Below are positions 58,503 through 64,000 of a stretch of 64,000 nt of DNA, one piece after another (positions within the stretch are counted from its first letter, which is position 1; each line of letters opens with the position of its first letter). The notes below the pieces were generated by a model that saw only the letters and a list, made by a program, of their open reading frames with translations, was not told the DNA's origin and did not search any database. The DNA is taken from NCBI GenBank assembly GCA_041660565.1, contig JBAZWC010000001.1, positions 366,481 through 430,480 of the forward strand, in the 5' to 3' direction. The translations under genes and the position numbers were made by a program. Source of the stretch: Patescibacteria group bacterium (GTDB lineage Bacteria; Patescibacteriota; UBA1384; CAJBMM01).

Positions 58503-58943
58503 TCAAACCTTTTTAAGGCTGGTTACTTGCCGTTGTTCTTTGGCGATGTCGCGTTTTTTGATTAGTTCGCGCTTATCATATTTTTTACGCCCCCGCCCAA
58601 CACCAATGTCTATTTTGGCTTTACCACGCTTAAAGTATAGATATAAAGGAATAAGGGCATATCCTTTTTGTTCTACCAGTCCAATTAGTCGGTTGATTTC
58701 GGATTTATGTAATAACAATTTCCGGGTGCGCGTGGGATTCTCCAAACCATTTAGCGATAAATTCATATTAATTAACCAAACTTCTCCACGCAAAACTCTA
58801 GCGTATGCCGCAGAAATATCAGCGCGCTTGGCACGAATAGATTTAATTTCACCCCCGGTTAACGCAATCCCCGCTTCAAAATGCTCGGTGATTTCGTAAT
58901 CAAACAATCCGCGCTTATTTTTGGCAATGGTGTTTTCGGTCAT
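58503..58943 (-). CDS. smpB: SsrA-binding protein
   Basis: EAGIALTGGEIKSIR, RTRKLLLHKSEI, GKAKIDIGVGRGRKKYDKRE. Confidence 0.96.
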   Translation of the reverse strand: MTENTIAKNKRGLFDYEITEHFEAGIALTGGEIKSIRAKRADISAAYARVLRGEVWLINMNLSLNGLENPTRTRKLLLHKSEINRLIGLVEQKGYALIPLYLYFKRGKAKIDIGVGRGRKKYDKRELIKKRDIAKEQRQVTSLKKV

Positions 58944-58983
58944 GATCTTACTATAAAATTTTTAAGCTCAAATGTCTAATATT

Positions 58984-59320
58984 CCTCCTCATCCGCCCTC
59001 CGGGCACCCCGCTAAGCGGGGTTGAGGGACGCTTAGCGTCCCACCTTCTCCTCTAGAGGAGAAGGGAGCTTCCAATTAAGCCAATCAATCCAATCAGACC
59101 AATTGTGATCAGAGAAAAAATCCTTTCCATCATTAAAAATTAGATGCTTCGCATCGAAATCACTCGCAATTTGCTCGCGATTATCAAATTTCAAAATCTT
59201 ATATTACATTTCTCCCTCCGGGCGTAGCCTACGGGCGGAGCCAACAGCTCGACAAGGCTCGTAGGGTCGAAATGACAGCTCAGAAAGTTTCGTGCTTAGA
59301 ATTTAGTGCTTAGTGCTTTT
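58984..59320. repeat. Composite pile-up of at least seven palindromic/tandem repeat types
   Basis: cctcatccgcc..cgggcacc/ttctcc..ggagaaggg element; twin hairpin; CCAAT 9-mers; 42-nt insert; element D; TCGAAATGACA half; family B arm. Confidence 0.8.
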
Positions 59321-59347
59321 TCATTTTAGTTGCTAAAATGAAATGGT

Positions 59348-61840
59348 ATGGATGCTATTAATTTTAATTCAAAACAAACCGCGCTTTTAAACCGTCTTTA
59401 CTCATCACCAAACGGGCTAACCGCGGATGCTGTAAGACGTCGTCAAGCAAAATACGGCCCAAACAGCGTCGTCACCCAAACTCGCCGTACCCTCTTAATC
59501 AGTTTTTTGGAAAAATTTACCAATCCGTTAATCATCTTGCTACTATTCGCCTCATTTTTCTCGATGCTAACCGGTTCAATGTTAGATTTTGTAATGATAT
59601 TGATTATGATTTTGATCAGCGTGTCATTAGACGTCTATCTTGAACATCGCAGTGAGAAAGCGGCGGAGCGATTAAAACGACAAGTTGAGGTCAAAACCGA
59701 TGTAATGCGCAACGGGATGCTAACCGAAATCCCCTCAAAAGAGATCACGGTGGGAGATTTGATTTCTGTTGAGAGCGGTAGCGTTATCCCGGCCGATGTT
59801 AAAATTATCTCAATTAAAGATTTGCACATTGATGAATCAACGTTAACCGGCGAGTCGTTTCCACAAGAAAAAACCATGGGTCAGCTTGCGTACATGGGCA
59901 CATTGGTGGTAAATGGCGAAGGCTTTGCGGTGGTAGAAACCATCGGCAAAGATACTCGATACGGCAAAATCGCCACCGATCTGGCCAATGCCAGCCCCGA
60001 AACCAATTTTGAACGCGGTATTCGGCAATTCGGCTATTTGGTAATGAAAATTGCCATTTGCTTGGTGCTGGTGGTCTTCTTGATCAACAGTTTTAGCGGA
60101 CATCAGCTGATCGATTCTTTTCTTTTTGCCCTTGCTTTGGCTATTGGCATCACCCCGGAACTTTTGCCGATGATTATGACCGTAAACCTAGCCGAAGGGG
60201 CGCTAAAAATGTCTAGAAAAGGGGTGATTGTCAAACATTTGCCTTCGATTCATAACCTAGGCAGTATGAATATGTTGTGTACCGATAAAACCGGCACGCT
60301 GACGGAAAATAAAATCATCTTAGAAAAATACGAGAATTTTGACTTCAAAACCGACCGTAAAGTGTTGCAATTCGCTCATGCTAACTGCACTCATCAATCA
60401 AACATCCGCGGGCCACTGGAAGAAGCGATATTAAAACATCATGAGGTCAGAGACGCGTGGCAAAAAATTGATGAGATTCCGTTTGATTTTGTGCGCAAAC
60501 GCTTATCGGTGGTACTGAAAAAAGATGGCAAAACAATACTAATATGCAAAGGTGCATTAGAAGAAATGTTGCCTGAGCTTGATTTTTACGAACACGATGG
60601 AGTGGTTAAACCACTTACCACGCGTAGTAGGCAAAAAATTTCTGACCGCCTGTCTGAGCTAAGCAAAGATGGTTTTAGGGTATTGGCGGTGTCGTATCGC
60701 GAATTAAAAGCTAAAAATCAGCACGCTACTTATTCAAAAACCGATGAAAAAGATTTGATTTTCTTAGGACTTACCGCATTTCAAGATCCACCCAAGCAAT
60801 CAGCAAAAAGATCGCTTAAACAATTAGCCGCATCAGGTATCGGACTCAAAATATTAACCGGAGACAACCCCGAAGTTACAATGAAGGTATGTAAAGATCT
60901 GGATTTGGCCGTTTCCGGGGTTTGTATTGGAGACGATCTACTTCACTTATCTGAAGAAAAGCTGGTGGAAAAAATAAAAGCTAACACCATTTTTGCCAAG
61001 CTTACGCCGGATCAAAAAAAATTAGTCATTAGCACCTTACAGCGCAGCGGGATGGTGGTTGGTTACCTTGGAGACGGTGTGAACGACGCTTCGTCGCTCA
61101 AACAAGCCGATGTCGGGATATCTGTTGAAAACGCCACCGATGTAGCCAAGGAGTCCGCTGATCTCATTTTAATGCACAAATCACTAGAAGTACTGCTTGA
61201 AGGCGTAAAAGACGGACGCAAAGTGTTCATCAACACCACCAAATACATCTTTATGAACTTTGGCTCCAATTTTGGCAACATGATTTCAATGAGTGTGGCA
61301 TCATTCTTCCTCCCATTTATCCCCATGCTGCCAATTCAAATCATTTTAAACAACCTAATCTACGACGTCTCCCAGTTAAGCTTACCCACCGACAATGTAG
61401 ATAATTCGGAAACAGCCAAACCATTAAAGTGGGATATAAATCAAATTAAACGATTTATTTTTATTTTTGGCCCGGTCAGTTCAATTTTTGATATTCTTAC
61501 ATTTGTTGGCCTGCTGTATATTTTTCATTCCAGCGTAGGATCGTTTAGATCCGGATGGTTTATTGAGTCGCTTGCCACTCAAGCAATGGTAATGATTGTA
61601 CTTAGAACTAAGATTATACCGTTCTTTAAGAGCAAGCCGTCAATTTGGGTTAAGGTATCTGCTTCGGCAATCGTTATGTTTGCCATTATTATCAGTCAGA
61701 GCCCACTGGGGAAAATGTTCGAATTTAACGTCTTGCCAATTGGGTTTTGGCTATTTATGATTGTAGTGCTTGTCTTAAACGTGTTTGTTAATGAATTTGC
61801 CAAACACTGGTTTTATTCACGCGAATCACGGTTAGCTTAA
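59348..61840 (+). CDS. mgtA: Magnesium-translocating P-type ATPase
   Basis: TGES, TPELLPMI, DKTGTLT, GDGVND, IQIILNNLIYD, SGWFIESL. Confidence 0.9.
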   Translation: MDAINFNSKQTALLNRLYSSPNGLTADAVRRRQAKYGPNSVVTQTRRTLLISFLEKFTNPLIILLLFASFFSMLTGSMLDFVMILIMILISVSLDVYLEHRSEKAAERLKRQVEVKTDVMRNGMLTEIPSKEITVGDLISVESGSVIPADVKIISIKDLHIDESTLTGESFPQEKTMGQLAYMGTLVVNGEGFAVVETIGKDTRYGKIATDLANASPETNFERGIRQFGYLVMKIAICLVLVVFLINSFSGHQLIDSFLFALALAIGITPELLPMIMTVNLAEGALKMSRKGVIVKHLPSIHNLGSMNMLCTDKTGTLTENKIILEKYENFDFKTDRKVLQFAHANCTHQSNIRGPLEEAILKHHEVRDAWQKIDEIPFDFVRKRLSVVLKKDGKTILICKGALEEMLPELDFYEHDGVVKPLTTRSRQKISDRLSELSKDGFRVLAVSYRELKAKNQHATYSKTDEKDLIFLGLTAFQDPPKQSAKRSLKQLAASGIGLKILTGDNPEVTMKVCKDLDLAVSGVCIGDDLLHLSEEKLVEKIKANTIFAKLTPDQKKLVISTLQRSGMVVGYLGDGVNDASSLKQADVGISVENATDVAKESADLILMHKSLEVLLEGVKDGRKVFINTTKYIFMNFGSNFGNMISMSVASFFLPFIPMLPIQIILNNLIYDVSQLSLPTDNVDNSETAKPLKWDINQIKRFIFIFGPVSSIFDILTFVGLLYIFHSSVGSFRSGWFIESLATQAMVMIVLRTKIIPFFKSKPSIWVKVSASAIVMFAIIISQSPLGKMFEFNVLPIGFWLFMIVVLVLNVFVNEFAKHWFYSRESRLA

Positions 61841-61891
61841 ATTTAATATCATTATTCTAATTTAGGTTTATGATTAACATTAGAGGGGAAA

Positions 61892-62971
61892 ATGCTCGAA
61901 CGCAAAAGTGAATTAGTACTGAGTCCTAAAGATCTAAAACCATCAGACGAGCGATTAAAAGTAATCGGAGTTTTTAACCCCGGGGTTACTCGCTACAATC
62001 AAAAAGTAATTATGCTTGCTAGAGTGGCCGAGGCAGTAAAAAACGTTGAGCGAAATCAGACTTGCTCGCCCCGAATGGTGTTTAGCGAGCTCTCCAAAGT
62101 CAATCTAGAGGTAGATTGTTTTAGAACTGACGATGAAAACCATGACCCGCGAAAGGTAGCTTCAGACAATGGGCTGGTAAGGCTAAACTTTATTTCAAGG
62201 CTTGCATTAATTGAGTTAAACCAAAGCGGACAAGAAATAATTAAGGTTTCTTCGCCATCCGCGCTACAGCCCATAAATGAGTATGAGGAATACGGTGTAG
62301 AAGACCCACGCATCTCAAAAATTGATGATACGTTTTATATCACCTACGTTTCAGTCTCAAAAAAATGCGGCATTTGCACCTCGTTAATGTCTACCAAAGA
62401 TTTCGTCGATTTTAAGCGGTTAGGCATAATTTTTGATTTAGAAACCAAAGACGTAGTGCTGTTCCCTGAGCAAATTGACGGTAAATTCGCCGCGTACACT
62501 CGGCCATCCAGCCATACTCGGCTGCATCATTCTAATTTGCTATTGGCATATTCTACCGATCTAATTCATTGGGGAGAATATCAGCACGTGCTAACCAGTC
62601 CAGAGGTGGGATTTGATTCGAATAAACTTGGCCCAGGATGTCCACCGCTTAAAACCAAGCACGGTTGGCTTAATATCTATCATGGAGTAGAAAAAGTAGA
62701 TGATTCAGACTCAATTGGAGTGTATTCCGCCGGCGCCTTTTTGTCAGACCTAGACGACCCGTCGAAAGTGATTGCCAGAACAAAATCGGCCATTATGGCA
62801 CCGTTTGAATCGTTTGAAACCACCGGATTTGCCCCATACGTCGTGTTTCCTACCGGCGTAATTCAAGACCACTTAAACCCTGACATTTTACAAATTTTTT
62901 ACGGTGCCGCAGACACAGTAGTCGGCCGGGCGACAATCTCCCTAGCAGATGTAATTAACGCGATGGAATAA
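61892..62971 (+). CDS. Glycoside hydrolase family 130 (beta-mannoside phosphorylase-like)
   Basis: GVFNPG, YGVEDPRI, KDVVLFPE, WLNIYHGV, VVFPTG, FYGAADT. Confidence 0.88.
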   Translation: MLERKSELVLSPKDLKPSDERLKVIGVFNPGVTRYNQKVIMLARVAEAVKNVERNQTCSPRMVFSELSKVNLEVDCFRTDDENHDPRKVASDNGLVRLNFISRLALIELNQSGQEIIKVSSPSALQPINEYEEYGVEDPRISKIDDTFYITYVSVSKKCGICTSLMSTKDFVDFKRLGIIFDLETKDVVLFPEQIDGKFAAYTRPSSHTRLHHSNLLLAYSTDLIHWGEYQHVLTSPEVGFDSNKLGPGCPPLKTKHGWLNIYHGVEKVDDSDSIGVYSAGAFLSDLDDPSKVIARTKSAIMAPFESFETTGFAPYVVFPTGVIQDHLNPDILQIFYGAADTVVGRATISLADVINAME

Positions 62972-62972
62972 A

Positions 62973-63180
62973 TCAGATGACAGAGGACGGAAGACGGAAA
63001 ACTGAGAGTGTCATATTATTCTGTCATTTCGACTCTGCGAGAATGTCGATTCGAGCGTGTTGGCCTCCGGCTCGTAGACCCTCCGGGCGTAAGTCCTACG
63101 GGCTGGAGCCTACGGCTCGGAGAGAGAAATCTTAAAAAAGAATCCCATCCCGTAATTAAAAATTTCAAATTTCAAATTAT
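62973..63180. repeat. Orphan heptamer arm, TGTCATTTCGA half-element with element D, and AAATTTC arm
   Basis: cagatga cagagga cggaaga cggaaaa ctgagag; 63022-63132 homologous to 18796-18875 plus a 30-nt insert. Confidence 0.8.
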
Positions 63181-63221
63181 CGCAATTGTACTGTCAACCC
63201 AGAATGTGATTAAATAGAAGT

Positions 63222-63773
63222 ATGCACACCGTTACCCATCAAATCAAAAATAAGGTTATGGCTTTAAAGGCCGATGGCGGCACCAAAGCCGGAATTTTGC
63301 GTATCTACCAACACACCGGCCAATTTAGATCGGTAGAAGATCTACGTGATCTGACCGAGCAAGAACAAGATTGGTTTCGATTAGGTTTTGAACATTACTT
63401 AGACGATCAAAATCACGTTGTGCGCATCCTACATTCACCTAGGCATTTTGGTAAAACAATTTTTTATTTATCGCTAATTTATTTTGTTACGCTAATCACC
63501 TGGATGAGTTTACTTATTAAGTACACCACCAGCCATTCGCATTCCATTGATTGGTCTATGGTGTGGAACTGGGTGGTTTTGGCGGCGGTGCTTAATCTTT
63601 GTCTGACGTTCTATGGTATCTATTTGGAGATGCGGTCCCTTAGACAACAAATCACTGCCAGCCAACGCATTGTGGCTGCGGTAGCAATTATTGCCCTAAT
63701 TGTCGCCATTTTAGGAAATGTTCTCTCACCACTGTCCAGTTCGGCTAGTACCCTTGCCCCATTTATTAAGTAA
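63222..63773 (+). CDS. Membrane protein (3 C-terminal TM helices)
   Basis: 183 aa; hydrophobic C-terminal half. Confidence 0.7.
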   Translation: MHTVTHQIKNKVMALKADGGTKAGILRIYQHTGQFRSVEDLRDLTEQEQDWFRLGFEHYLDDQNHVVRILHSPRHFGKTIFYLSLIYFVTLITWMSLLIKYTTSHSHSIDWSMVWNWVVLAAVLNLCLTFYGIYLEMRSLRQQITASQRIVAAVAIIALIVAILGNVLSPLSSSASTLAPFIK

Positions 63774-63906
63774 ATTTGCTTCTATTCAATTTTTTGATAT
63801 CATTGTAATGTCAAAAAACCCGCTAGAGTGAACTAGTTGTTTTCAGTTTATTATCAGGCAAAATCAGTGTAATTAGGTAGGCAGCCAAAACGGAAGGTGG
63901 ATTGTT

Positions 63907-64000
63907 ATTAATCTAGAATATAAATTTAGAGCGAGCTTGGCAGTTTGGATTGCGGCATTTTTAATCATCACACCGCTTCACAGCGCGCACGCATATATTG
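63907..64000 (+). CDS. 5' end of a probable secreted protein, truncated by the window edge
   Basis: Frame reads (I)NLEYKFRASLAVWIAAFLIITPLHSAHAYI, a signal peptide ending AHA; start codon uncertain. Confidence 0.4.
   Translation, partial: MNLEYKFRASLAVWIAAFLIITPLHSAHAYI

Noticed and set aside
63780-63900. Riboswitch in the final intergenic region
   Set aside because: Only a GGCAAA fragment resembles the c-di-GMP-I motif, and the remaining conserved elements could not be found by eye.

Overview
Bacterial chromosomal window. It is most likely from a Patescibacteria/CPR-type genome; this is inferred from gene content and style, not from a search. Housekeeping genes are clpB, xseA/xseB, dnaG-rpoD, smpB, tmRNA, tRNA-Val, tRNA-Asn, a DEAD-box helicase, mgtA and galT. 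They are mixed with a large cell-surface operon that includes a 2147-aa fibre protein with a peptidase-S74 chaperone domain, and with many orphan genes. Three layers of unexplained structure stand out. (1) Three four-helix-bundle (23S-IVP/Avd-like) genes are each bracketed by their own family of degenerate 7-, 9- or 10-nt tandem repeats. The repeats form inverted arms of about five units. The same arms recur gene-less across the window, inside the four-helix-bundle genes themselves, and translated in-frame in neighbouring signal peptides. (2) Several 27-48-nt hairpin mini-elements are inserted precisely into other repeats and into the tmRNA 3' end, and empty sites can be reconstructed. (3) Visibly GC-richer orphan genes each carry a complete expression module: consensus sigma70 promoter, boxA-like leader motif, strong SD and a terminator that is sometimes shared verbatim. 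Several AT-rich genes instead look leaderless. No CRISPR array, integrase, transposase, reverse transcriptase or rRNA was seen. All family assignments are by motif recognition only.
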